From Schizosaccharomyces osmophilus (taxonomy: Eukaryota): 64,000 nt of DNA. The notes under the pieces were generated by a model that worked only from the letters and a program-made list of their open reading frames with translations, had not been told where the DNA came from and made no database searches. The translations under genes and the position numbers were made by a program. This document shows positions 10,840 to 22,283 of the stretch, piece by piece. Position 1 is the first letter of the stretch; each line of letters begins with the position of its first letter. The stretch covers positions 1,054,001-1,118,000 of the forward strand of contig NC_079240.1 of assembly GCF_027921745.1 (NCBI RefSeq), given 5' to 3'.

Positions 10840-11322
10840 ACGACTTTGTTTTGTACCTTTAGGACAGACAAACCAATCGATTTCCACCAATATCCAATTT
10901 TGAGCCAAGGAATCCCAGAAAATTTACCCTTTCAAACCTTTTTCTATATATTTCCTTTTGTTTTTCTCGATACCAATTCTTCGGTGACCAAGTACAAAAG
11001 GGCGCGTTCAGGATAGAAACAAGAAATCGCTTACAATAATATGATTTCCTCCCTTGCAAAGATATGCGCATTTTTGAAAGGAAATGCATAATTTCCCATT
11101 CATACATTGCATGGAATGGAAGGAAAAAATATTAAAATAAAAACTGATCTACTTTAGTGTGCTCTCTCCTTGAAATTGCTGTGATTTGTATGCGTCTTAC
11201 CAAATGTAATTGCTATACAATTCCACAAAATCGCAAGTTTTAACCAGACGATCAACTCTAAAGTGATTACAAACCAACTCTACAAAAACTCTGGATTCTA
11301 AAAAGCTAGCAAACATCAAGTT

Positions 11323-11349
11323 TGTTTATTTGTTTACTTGTTTGTTTAC
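11323..11349. promoter_or_regulatory. Tandem forkhead/FLEX motifs (reverse complements of GTAAACAAACA, GTAAACA, ATAAACA)
   Basis: TGTTTATTTGTTTACTTGTTTGTTTAC in the nse1-gpi2 divergent intergenic region. Confidence 0.5.
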
Positions 11350-11770
11350 GTGATATTTTTCTACAAGAAAAAAAGCGATGGAGACGCCAAACAATTGGTG
11401 ATATTTTCTCCATCCAAGTTGTACTGAAAAAAAAAAGAGATTTTAATATGTAAAAAAAAATAAATAAGGAAAAAAAGCACGCTTTGGACTGGAACGTTGA
11501 AAGGTGCCCATTTCAGTCCTCCCAAGTGAACAAAGAAAAGAAAAATAACAACAATTTATAAAAACAAAAAAAAACTAACCAACCAAGTTCTTCCCTTTGC
11601 GTTTGCAACTTGATTTTTCCTTTGGTATTTCTACCTCCCTTCCCATATCTGCAAGTCTTCAAAACAAAAAGTGCTTGCGCACTTCAAGCTTATGTTGGGT
11701 TAATACATTCGAAACGAGGATTCTGTTGAAATTATAAATGATTTATAGTAAAATATAAAACTTGAAACCT

Positions 11771-12899
11771 ATGGAAGACGTTTGCGCCGCTCCAGCACCT
11801 AAAAAAGTGCTTCCATCATTATTGTTACATCCATATACGAAGCCAAAGAGAACAGACAAAGGATTGCATAGCAGAAAACCATGGAAGAAAGTTCTCTGGA
11901 GAAAGCAACATTATCCAGACAATTATATTGATCAATCCTTCTTGAGCGGCTTGCAACGAAATGTCAACATCCAGGTAACTGACTTTTGGTCACTCGTGGC
12001 TGATAGCCTACCAATCTCTCAACACTTGTCAAGCGTGGTGGTATTTGCTGCAGTTTTTGTTGGAATTCATAGAAAAAAGTTATCTTGTGGAATCGTTGGA
12101 ATGACATCCAATGTTAGCGCTGTTGGTGCTTTCCTACTCTGGGACTTGGTGTTGAGCAAACCATGCCAAAGCAGATCCTTTCTCAACTACTCTGGATTAA
12201 TTAAATCTTGTATATTGATAGTCCTAACCCTCGTTGGTTTATCGCCTATTCTCATGTCGCTCACAAAATCGACTTCTGAGGACTCCGTTTGGGCTATTGC
12301 TGTATGGCTCTTTCTTGCAAATATATTCTTTCATGAATATGCTGTGGATAACATTCAACCACATGTACGGTAAGTTTGGATTTGGAATCTGCTTCCATTA
12401 ACTTTAATTTCTAGGCTCCATAATTCATTATCAACAAACGCCGCTTTAAGCGCTTCCGTGGTGCTTGCTTCTCGTTTGGACAGATCGATTCATGTATTTT
12501 TCTTCGTTCTTTTTGCCGTTCATTGGTTTGCGCTGTTTCCTATATTTCGAAAATACATCCACGTAAGCCAAACTTATTTCAAAACCATTGCATTTCCTTA
12601 CTGATCAATACTAATAATTAAAGTTTTATTCTTTTTACGCAGATATGCTAATGACTCTTGTTCTTATAATGACCGCCTACTTGTCCCTTTATCTGGTTGC
12701 ATCGGTAACCATAGCTTTTGTTTTTCTTTCCTCCATTTTTTTCATATCCTTTGTCTGCCCTATTTGGTTTATAAAGCTTCAAAGATTCAAAAAGTACGCT
12801 CTTCTTTCACCTTTGTTTCAATGCTAACAATTTTTTTCCAGCGAAATTCATGGTCCTTGGGATATTGCTTTACCAAAGTTGGGTCCTAATAAGGATTAG
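11771..12899 (+). CDS. gpi2: GPI-GlcNAc transferase subunit PIG-C/Gpi2 (4 exons; introns 12370-12414, 12563-12623, 12794-12841)
   Basis: WKKVLWRKQHYPDNY, LSPILMSLTKSTSEDS, SLSTNAALSASVVLASRL, C-terminal EIHGPWD. Confidence 0.93.
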
Positions 12900-13473
12900 C
12901 AAGCTCTAAATTCAAGTCGGCTCTAAATTATCTGTACGAGGCCTCACCTTGATAACCCATGTTTCTCATCTTCATTAGAAAGGGATCATCCCGCCGTTAG
13001 TTCTAAATATTCATGCGTAATTCCTTTATATATTTTAAAGCTAGTTGTTTCCTGGATTCCGAATTGCTCCTAAACAAGTCAAGATAAATATTATCAATAC
13101 ATTTTCTCAATCTTCAATGTCAATCAAATATATATGAATACAGCATTGTGCATCATCATGTTTTGTGTTTCAAGAAAATTTATTGCAGAATGCCGTTATG
13201 TCTTTTATTTAGAGAGAAGTTTTGTATAATGTTTAATAAAGAATTTTCAATTGTCTACTTTTCTATGGAGCTATTTCATGAAAGGTATACCAAGCATTGT
13301 AGAACTCCTCCATTCGATCCACCTGCTTTTGACATGACATTTTTAAATCCTTTCATAAACTTCTAAATAACTAAAAAATTCTTCGCTAAAGACAAGCAAA
13401 AAGAGTTCAGCTTTGAAGACTGTCTTGTGGTTGTATCATCTAACCTCACCCAAAAACGACTCTACAGAGATCC

Positions 13474-16400
13474 ATGTCTGAAAACCTTATAAATTCCATT
13501 CATGCTTGCAGTAAGCTAAAACATGTTAGAGAGAATTTAAATACCACAAAGTGTACGAGCGAAGGTAATTTCGCCTCATCGTTAGATCTGAATCATGAGT
13601 CAGAAACTTTTCTTAGACCTGCAAAATCGTTCTCCCATGAGTGGGTTAAAAAATTACAAAAGCAATGGGAAAATGAGGTAGATCCCAACGTTCTTTTTAA
13701 TTTTCCCAAAAGTGTATCTCGTACAAACTTGCAATTTCGCAGACAAGGACTGGAAGGTCATATCATAGACTACAAAGAAATCTCTGAAGACGTTGCTGAT
13801 TTAAATGCAAAAAATTCTTCTAGCTTTTTGAGAAAACCAGCCTCTAAAAGCGAATTTGTACGAGGTAGTACCAATAATATACCATTCTTGACTGATGATC
13901 CTGACAATCCCCAGGACATCGCTGCCCCTAAGCCAGTGCAAATGGCCTTAAAAGGAGAAGATGGTTTGTATCAAGTCCCTCCCGGATTTTCTAGAGGTTT
14001 GGTTATGAATAAATCCGTTGAAGGGAATAACTTGAATGATGAATTCAATCCTGATACTTGGGAGACAAAACAAGTGCGCCCTTCTATGCAGAAATTTAGT
14101 ACTCTTAATGAACTAAATGAACACCTGAAAAGCATTAACTCAAAACATACCGAAATCGACGATTTACTTCCCGACAAGAGCACCATCGTTGCCCTTCCTT
14201 CTTCAAGCGGCAACGTCTCCAAACGAAAAGAATATGCTCATGTTGTTGACAGCAATGCAACCATCAATAACTTTCACCAACTGGTACCTGAGATGGCGCT
14301 CGACTTTCCTTTTGAACTAGACAACTTTCAGAAAGAGGCTGTATATCATCTGGAAATGGGCGACTCCGTTTTTGTGGCTGCTCATACGAGTGCAGGAAAG
14401 ACCGTTGTAGCTGAATATGCAATTGCGCTCGCCCAAAAGCACATGACCAAAGCCATTTACACCTCACCCATTAAAGCACTCTCAAATCAGAAGTTTAGAG
14501 ACTTTAAGCAAAAATTTGAAGATGTAGGTATCCTTACAGGAGATGTGCAAGTCAATCCAGAAGCATCGTGCCTAATCATGACTACGGAAATTTTACGAAG
14601 CATGTTGTATCGTGGTGCCGATTTGATCCGTGATGTCGAGTTTGTTGTTTTTGATGAAGTTCACTATGTTAATGATTTGGAAAGAGGGGTTGTTTGGGAA
14701 GAAGTTATTATTATGCTTCCTCCTCATATTACTGTAATCCTTCTTTCTGCTACGGTCCCAAATACAAAGGAATTTGCTTCATGGGTCGGCCGTACTAAGA
14801 AGAAAAATATTTATGTGATATCTACTTCCAAGCGACCAGTTCCTCTTGAGCATTACTTATGGGTCAAGAATAACGTCCATAAGGTAGTGGACCAACATGG
14901 CCGGTTCCTAATGGATGGATACAAATCTGCGAGTGATGCCCTTAAAAAGCCGGATAAGATTTTACCTCCTTCAAATAACAACAATGCTAGAGGTCGTGGC
15001 GGAGCACCTCGTGACCGAGGTGCTCAAGTTAACTTGATGCGTGGAAGAGGCAATGTCAAGTCAGTTGAACGACGAGATGCAAATACTTGGGTACACTTAG
15101 CTGGCCACCTCCAGAAAAACAAGTTATTACCAGTTATTATCTTCGTTTTTTCAAAAAAACGCTGCGAAGAATACGTTGACACTTTATCGAATAGGGATTT
15201 GAATAATCACCAGGAAAAAAGTGAAGTTCACATTGTCATTGAAAAGGCTGTAGCCCGGTTGAAGAAGGAAGACAGAACACTTCCGCAGATTGGTCGTATG
15301 CGTGAGATGCTTTCTAGGGGTCTTGCGGTACACCATGGCGGTTTATTACCCATTGTCAAAGAAATAGTTGAACTTTTGTTTCAACGGGGACTTGTAAAAA
15401 TACTATTTGCAACGGAAACATTTGCGATGGGTGTTAATATGCCTGCTCGATCTGTTGTGTTCTCCGGCGTCCAGAAACATGATGGGCGCAGTTTCCGCGA
15501 GCTTTTACCGGGCGAATATACTCAATGTTCAGGTCGAGCTGGAAGACGTGGTTTGGATGTTACCGGAACTGTGATTATTTTATCTCGAGCTGAATTGCCA
15601 GACACAGCCAGTCTACGACACATGATCCTTGGTCCTTCGACAAAACTAATCAGTCAGTTCAGATTAACATATAATATGGTCCTAAATCTGCTTCGTGTTG
15701 AAACATTGAGGATCGAGGACATGATCAAACGAAGTTTTAGTGAAAACGCAAATCAGTCACTGATGCCGCAACATGAGGCCGAAATCAAATCAAATGAAGA
15801 GAAGCTTTCAATACTTAAGAAAGAGCTCAACGATATAGACATACAAAAGATGAAGGAGTGCATTTATCACAGTGAAGATTTCAAAGCATACACTAGGAAA
15901 TTGCATTTGAAAGCTATTTCTACAGCTACAGGTAGACGCGTCTTTCGTGATGGGAGATTAATTGTCTATCAGCAACCCGATAATACTCGTAGCATCGGCG
16001 TGCTATTAGGAACAGCGACGCGTACTACCACTGCAGATTGTACCTTAGAAGTTGCTTATTTGACACCTCAAAATGCTATGAAACGCCCTTCAGATTTACT
16101 GCCTTTTGCAGAACCATTCATGGGTGTAATAGACGGTTCATTATTCGAGAGTCAATTTAAGTTTGGACTTGTTAGTCTTTCAAGTGTTGAGCGTGTATGT
16201 ACAACCGTTCTACGTATCGATTGCGGAGGTGTACGTGACCGTCGAGGTGGAGCTTTTAGAAGATTGGGCGATCAACTAGCTTCAGTTAAGGGATTTAATG
16301 ATCCTGTTTTCGATGAAGCAGATTGGAGCAAAGTGAAAGATTTCGATTTCTGCGAAGCTCAGGAGAAGCGAACATTTGTTGGACAGAAACTTTTGTCTTA

Positions 16401-17112
16401 TGAGCCGTTGCTTCAAAATAACTTCGTCACACAATACGCACTATGCTTCCAAGAATACGATTTGGAAAATAATATCAGAAATCTGCGGGAGTTTATTTCT
16501 GACCAAAACCTTGAACTTCTTCCTGATTACGAACAGAGAATTCGGGTACTTCAGGAGCTTCAATATGTTGATGAAAATAAAACGGTTTTGTTGAAGGGCC
16601 GGGTTGCTTGTGAGATTAACTCCACTAGTGAACTGGTGTTAACAGAATTAATTCTGGAAAATACTTTGGGTGAGTTTTCTTGTGAGGAGACTATAGCTTT
16701 GCTTTCTGCGTTTGTTTTTGATGAAAAGACGGATGTTGAGCCAAATATTTCTTCTCACTTACAAGCTGGTAAAGATATGATTCTCCAGGTTGCTGAGCGA
16801 GTCAATCGCATCCAGGAAAAGCATCAAGTGTTATATTTTAATGAGGGAAATGATTTTGAATCGCAACCGCGATTTGGTTTGATGGAAGTGTGTTATGAAT
16901 GGGCAAGAGGTATGTCATTTAATCGAATCACCGATTTGACAGATATTTTGGAAGGCTCCATTGTTCGAACAATCATTCGCCTGGATGAAGTTCTCCGAGA
17001 ATGCCGAGGTGCAGCCCGTGTTGTAGGCGATGCTTCGATGTATTCTAAAATGGAAGAATGTCAAAATCTCATCCGGCGTAATATTGTCTTTTGCCCCTCC
17101 TTGTATATGTAA
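13474..17112 (+). CDS. ski2: Ski complex DExH RNA helicase Ski2
   Basis: Ski2 N-terminal region, [39 protein letters not shown]-terminus ending SLYM. Confidence 0.96.
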   Translation: MSENLINSIHACSKLKHVRENLNTTKCTSEGNFASSLDLNHESETFLRPAKSFSHEWVKKLQKQWENEVDPNVLFNFPKSVSRTNLQFRRQGLEGHIIDYKEISEDVADLNAKNSSSFLRKPASKSEFVRGSTNNIPFLTDDPDNPQDIAAPKPVQMALKGEDGLYQVPPGFSRGLVMNKSVEGNNLNDEFNPDTWETKQVRPSMQKFSTLNELNEHLKSINSKHTEIDDLLPDKSTIVALPSSSGNVSKRKEYAHVVDSNATINNFHQLVPEMALDFPFELDNFQKEAVYHLEMGDSVFVAAHTSAGKTVVAEYAIALAQKHMTKAIYTSPIKALSNQKFRDFKQKFEDVGILTGDVQVNPEASCLIMTTEILRSMLYRGADLIRDVEFVVFDEVHYVNDLERGVVWEEVIIMLPPHITVILLSATVPNTKEFASWVGRTKKKNIYVISTSKRPVPLEHYLWVKNNVHKVVDQHGRFLMDGYKSASDALKKPDKILPPSNNNNARGRGGAPRDRGAQVNLMRGRGNVKSVERRDANTWVHLAGHLQKNKLLPVIIFVFSKKRCEEYVDTLSNRDLNNHQEKSEVHIVIEKAVARLKKEDRTLPQIGRMREMLSRGLAVHHGGLLPIVKEIVELLFQRGLVKILFATETFAMGVNMPARSVVFSGVQKHDGRSFRELLPGEYTQCSGRAGRRGLDVTGTVIILSRAELPDTASLRHMILGPSTKLISQFRLTYNMVLNLLRVETLRIEDMIKRSFSENANQSLMPQHEAEIKSNEEKLSILKKELNDIDIQKMKECIYHSEDFKAYTRKLHLKAISTATGRRVFRDGRLIVYQQPDNTRSIGVLLGTATRTTTADCTLEVAYLTPQNAMKRPSDLLPFAEPFMGVIDGSLFESQFKFGLVSLSSVERVCTTVLRIDCGGVRDRRGGAFRRLGDQLASVKGFNDPVFDEADWSKVKDFDFCEAQEKRTFVGQKLLSYEPLLQNNFVTQYALCFQEYDLENNIRNLREFISDQNLELLPDYEQRIRVLQELQYVDENKTVLLKGRVACEINSTSELVLTELILENTLGEFSCEETIALLSAFVFDEKTDVEPNISSHLQAGKDMILQVAERVNRIQEKHQVLYFNEGNDFESQPRFGLMEVCYEWARGMSFNRITDLTDILEGSIVRTIIRLDEVLRECRGAARVVGDASMYSKMEECQNLIRRNIVFCPSLYM

Positions 17113-17303
17113 TTTTTTGTTCCATAGCGATTTTAAGAATATATTTAAGTTTTATGAAGAATGTAGATAAATTAAGCATATATTTATTGAAAATATACTA
17201 GCTAAATACTTCTAATTGAAAACAAATTCACCTCCAAGTGGTTTTCTGAGTTTACCAAGTACAACCTGTCTGACTCCACGACATAACTATCGTCGTTTTC
17301 AAT

Positions 17304-18473
17304 ATGTCTCTAGTACCAAAACGCGATGTTAATAAAATCGAATGGGAAGATGTTGAATTTCCAAGTATTTGTGAGCGGTGTTTAGGAGATAATTCGTATG
17401 TTCGTATGACTCGTGAACCTTTAGGACAAGAATGCAAAATATGTTCACGGCCATGCACAATATTTCGGTGGTCAAGTTCGAGAGAAAGAAAGAGAGGAAA
17501 AACTCAAATATGTGTAGGCTGTGCTAGACTGAAAAATTGCTGTCAAGCGTGCATGCTCGATTTGCAGTTTGGGTTACCGGTATGTGATGCTCATCGAAGT
17601 AGGATTGAATTGATATATAACTAATTAAATAACAGATTGCTTTACGTGATGCAGCATTAAAAATGGTGGACAGTGGTCCAACAAACGACATTAATCGGGA
17701 GTTTTTTGCTCAAAACCAGCAGAGACTTTTGAAAAACGAAGAAACGCCATATGATAGTCAAGAATCAAATGCTGTTGCTAGAAATCTGGTTCGAAAAACT
17801 GAACGACGAGAACCTTACCAAAAACCTGCGCGAAGAAAACTTGATGAACAAGAATCTAAGCAACTATTAAAGGATGCTAAAGCAAGTGATACATCAAAAA
17901 GCTCCGAAAAATCACTTTTTCCTATTAAAAAAATCGTAAATGGCCGTGTTTTGCTTTCAATAGACATGGAACCACCTAAAGATAAAAAAATTGTAAGTAT
18001 TTCGCCGGGATCCAGGATATTGGCTAACTATTTATTAGGCCTCCCTTTTCATTATGGGTGTTGAGGACGAACTCCCAGATTATAAAATCCGAAAACACTT
18101 TGAACAATATGGTCCCCTTAAGTCTGTTGTCTGTTCCCATCGTGCGAAATGTGCTTTTGTCAACTATAAAAGCAGATTAAGTGCTGAAATTGCAGCTGCA
18201 TCTTGCCCGAATGGAGATCTTTCTATTGAAGGATTTCGTCTTAAAGCTCAATGGGGTAAACCTCGTTCCTTAGGAGGACCGGATCAAGAGACTCGAAATG
18301 CCAAATTGGCAGATCTAGTCATGCACGGAAAAAATACTCCAGAAAAATCTTCTAATAGCGAGCAATCCTTCAATGAAGCTGATGGTGCCGCCTCATCTTC
18401 TGCGCCGACTGCTGCTGTTGCTCAACCAATCTCTCCAAATCAACCAAAGTATCCATCGCAGAATACTCGGTAA
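17304..18473 (+). CDS. cwf5: Prp19-complex-associated splicing factor Cwf5 (Ecm2/Slt11/RBM22) (introns 17580-17635, 17993-18038)
   Basis: Zn finger [42 protein letters not shown] (CAFVNY), C-terminal YPSQ. Confidence 0.93.
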
Positions 18474-18699
18474 AGGCATAGCTATTTTTCAAAATATGTT
18501 GTTGAATTGCTTGATATAATTCGTACAATTAACTGGCAAGCATGTACATATTCTTATGAGCCCCTGACGATAGCCCTCTCCAGCCCATACTACTCTTACT
18601 TTACTTGAACGCTTTATTTTCGATATCTGGTTTTTTTTCAAATCAAATTATTTATTTTAAGGTTTTTCTTTTTTTACAATTGAAAGAAAAGAATAGAAA

Positions 18700-18992
18700 A
18701 TGACTTTGTCTCCGGATGCCAACGCCAACTCTCCGAAAGACGATGAGAAGGACACTTGGGACACCGCACTTGAAAAAGGAGGATGCGTTGAAGAGCATCT
18801 AAGACTTAATGATTGTTATTGGGATAAGCATGATTGGAGAAAATGCTCAAAAGAAGTAATTTAAGAACTATTCTGTGGAGTCACGGATCTAACCTGGTAT
18901 ATTAGATGGAAGAGTTTAGAAAATGTTGGGAGAGCAAGCACGAGCCATTGACAAGTTGCCCTATCAATATGAAACCGGAAAAAAACAAGTAA
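18700..18992 (+). CDS. coa4: Twin CX9C mitochondrial protein Coa4 (intron 18856-18905); absent from the ORF track
   Basis: Manual translation: MTLSPDANANSPKDDEKDTWDTALEKGGCVEEHLRLNDCYWDKHDWRKCSKE|MEEFRKCWESKH..; intron GTAATT..CTAAC..TAG; synteny with SPCC550.01c. Confidence 0.9.
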
Positions 18993-19304
18993 CTTGATGT
19001 ACTTGTTTCAAGTATAGCTTCGACTTTCCTTGTCAATTATTTTGAGGAACCTTTCATTAAAATATAAACTAGAAGATTACCTGGGTCAACTTGTGTAGCC
19101 AAAACAAATTTTTAGAAAGATTCTTTTAGCAAAAACTTGAGCGCTACTAGTTTTATGCATTGTTATGTTCTCTCGAACTTTGTTTACGTGGGACCAGTGT
19201 CTTGTTTATATTGACGTCTGGTGCGGAAATATTTTGTTAATATCTACGAGCTTTCCTATAACAAAAAGCCTATTTTTTGATACCCTTAATATATTACGAT
19301 AAAA

Positions 19305-19601
19305 ATGCTTACTGTTACTCCTGCTGCGTTGGCTTATGGAGGTACTGCAATCTTTGCACTCGTAGAGATTTTATTGGAGTTTAAATTCATTGATATTGAA
19401 TATCTCTTAGTGGTAGGTGTATTTTTGTAGTTAACGTTACTTACTTTTAAATACTAGTTTCTTTCAGTACTATCCGTCTTTTCTATGTTTTGGCTGCTTT
19501 TAGGATTTCCATTTTTGAATGTCTTCTCCGAAAAAAAAAACATGAGCTTGCGTAAAAGAAAAGCTACGGATAATAAAACGAGTTGTAGTTGGGTAAACTA
19601 A
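19305..19601 (+). CDS. Candidate small two-TM membrane protein, about 83 aa (intron 19413-19457); unrecognised
   Basis: AAAAATG start; exon1 MLTVTPAALAYGGTAIFALVEILLEFKFIDIEYLLV; phase-0 intron GTAGGT..TTAAC..CTAG; exon2 FLSVLSVFSMFWLLLGFPFLNVFSEKKNMSLRKRKATDNKTSCSWVN*. Confidence 0.55.
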
Positions 19602-19795
19602 TATTTGATTTTTATTTATCTTTAGGCTAACCAAAAATAGCGTTCAAAATCAAGATACGAATCAAACAAACCTTTAAATCACTGACTGTCATGATCTTTG
19701 AACGGAAACAAAGACATATTAAATAAAGAGTATGATGAACAATTTTTATATCATCACAGTTTTCCGCATTATAATAACATACATTAAGGCTTCAA

Positions 19796-22058
19796 TTAGT
19801 TATCCGCGCCAACTTTATCTTCCGTTTTTTGACGCTTTGGACTTGAACTAGTATTTTCTTCATTTTTATCCCCCTCTTCTCGGGATCGCTTCTTACTCTC
19901 TGAACTTTCGACATTCTGGACTTCCTTCGTTTCTTCCTTAGGTGTTGTTGTAGAAGTTTCAATGGAGGGAACATTTTCTTTAATGGATTCCTCTTCCGAT
20001 GCTGATTTTGATTTGTCGTCGGCAATATCTTTTTTGTCATCGTTTTCATTTCCAGTATTTTCTTTCCCATTTTCCCTATGGGAGTGTGTAGGTACATCCT
20101 CTTGATCACTCGGCTTTTTTGCTTCTTCCTTTGTAGTTGCAGGCTCAACTAGCTGCTGTCCTTTGCCTTCTGATCCTTTGTCTTCGTCCATCGGCGTAGC
20201 TTCTTGGGCCTCCTGTTTTTTCCCTTCTTTTATCACCTTTTCACGTAACATTTCATCACCTTCCTCGACGATATTAATGTCAAATGCAGGATTAATATTT
20301 GTTGTCGGCTTTTCCAATGTCGCATTACCTTCAATAGCTTGTGTTAATAGCTCTAATTCACCCAATCCAGCATATTCAAAAGCCTCTAGATGCGAATTGA
20401 TTGCAGAACGAAATGCGAGCCAGGTTTTTGAAGCCTTTGCTTGTCGATAATATTCTTGCTCATCTTCCTTTACCGAATCTTCCATTTCGGCAGAATCATG
20501 CTTTACACCAGGGAAAAAGCTTTGAGGAGTAGGTATTCGATATCTTTCTTCTTTTTTCAAGTCTTCTAAAGAATTCTCTCCAGCATTTTGCCATATTTTG
20601 GTAAGCGGAGCATTACCCATGGCATAACGGATTTTAGGAGGAGTACTTGCAACCTTTTTTAAACCTGCAGCAGCTTCGTCCAGAACAGACTTATCGAGCA
20701 AAGGCTTCTCAAATGACAGACATCCATATCCTTTCCAACTTTTCCAATTATTTTCCACGTTAACAACCGATGTAATTGTTTCGACGTAATCACCGTTCTT
20801 TACTTCTCTTAAAAGTGCATAAATCCGATTGAGTAACGCTGAAACATTCTTTTCCTATTATAAGTTAGTAATCAAAAAATACTATAGAACAATAAAAAAC
20901 ATACGTCTTCATCAGATAAGCTTGCATTAGGTGCTACAGCTTTATTTGTGAAAGGTCGAGTTCGACGCGAATCTACTCGTTCTTTTGAATAATCTAAAAG
21001 AAAATCACACAAAATAATAGCTTGGAGCAAAAAGTGGAGACGGAACGTTTCATCTATCAATTGAAAGTCAAAAAGAGGAAGGGAACGAATGTAATTCGGG
21101 CATAAATTATCGTTAATAACTGTATATTTTTCCGGAAGCAAAGCACTGGACGTAGGGTCTATCGTAGGCTTTGGATTGTCCAAAAAGAATGTGTTTTTTT
21201 GAATAGCCTCAAATGACTCTAAAATAGCATTTGCGGAATCCAAAAACTTTTGCATATTACCAGCGTCCTGTGCAATTTTTGGTGGTTGGACGAGCAGATC
21301 TTGTAAATTCCAAAACACCTCATATATATTGAGCACTTTCTGTGAGTAAGAAGCTTCATTTCCATCCGACGCAGGGATATTAGGTGATGAAATTTTGGTA
21401 CTGATGACTGGATTTTCCAGATTAAAGTCACCACGAAAATTAGAGCCACTCCTTTCTTCGGGTGCGAAAGCTTTACTGAGTAAAATATGAATGCGTCCAC
21501 ATAGAGCAGGATCAACTTGTCCCGAAAGCCGACGCAATAACTCGTTTGAAATACGCAGTAAAACAGGTCCCCGTCCACGATTACTGACTAATCCATCCAA
21601 AAGAACCGATCTTGTCTCAAAATATTCATACAGTTTTCGGCACTCCTTTAATCTATGAATGTCCATCAGTTCTTCAATGATTAAAAACGGGAAGATTGCA
21701 TCACAGTAAGAAGCGTCAATTTCATTCAAAACAACCAACAAATCTAGGATTAAGAATAGCTCCTTAACGTTCTCTTCAAAATTTTGATTTTCAGACTATT
21801 AGTAGTTATTGTTAGTAAAAACTTCACAACATAGCAAGTTCAAACCATTCTTACTCTAATTTCATAACAGCGAAAACGAATGGCAGTTTCAAATTCAAGA
21901 GAGTTATAAAACTCAGAAGTGATTTTCGACCATATTTCACTATTCACGAATTCCTTAAAGTTGGTATCTAATGGTTGCTCTTCAAAGCTTGGAATATTCT
22001 TAATTGAGTAAATATCTGTAAACTTCTTAATCAAGGAATGTTTGACATCCATTCCCAT
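19796..22058 (-). CDS. tho1: THO complex subunit THOC1/Hpr1 (introns 21796-21854, 20855-20904)
   Basis: GRGPVLLRISNELLRRLS..LCGRIHILLS.AF...ERSG.NFRG.FN, ENNWKSWKGYGC, MGNAPLTKIW; acidic low-complexity tail. Confidence 0.9.
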
Positions 22059-22283
22059 CTACACTCTCTACTTACACAAATTAAAAAACGATGCGCGTCA
22101 ACAGCAAGTTTAGGAAGCAGTAGTATGTTACTTTGGGTCTGTTACTTTGCGAATATAACATAACGCACCGCTTCGCATGGTAAATAATAAAAGTTTATGT
22201 TTGCCATCCACACAATACAACAATCATCATTTCTGAACTTGTAATGCAATGATTCCTTAGTAGTGCGGAATATACACTGGAAC

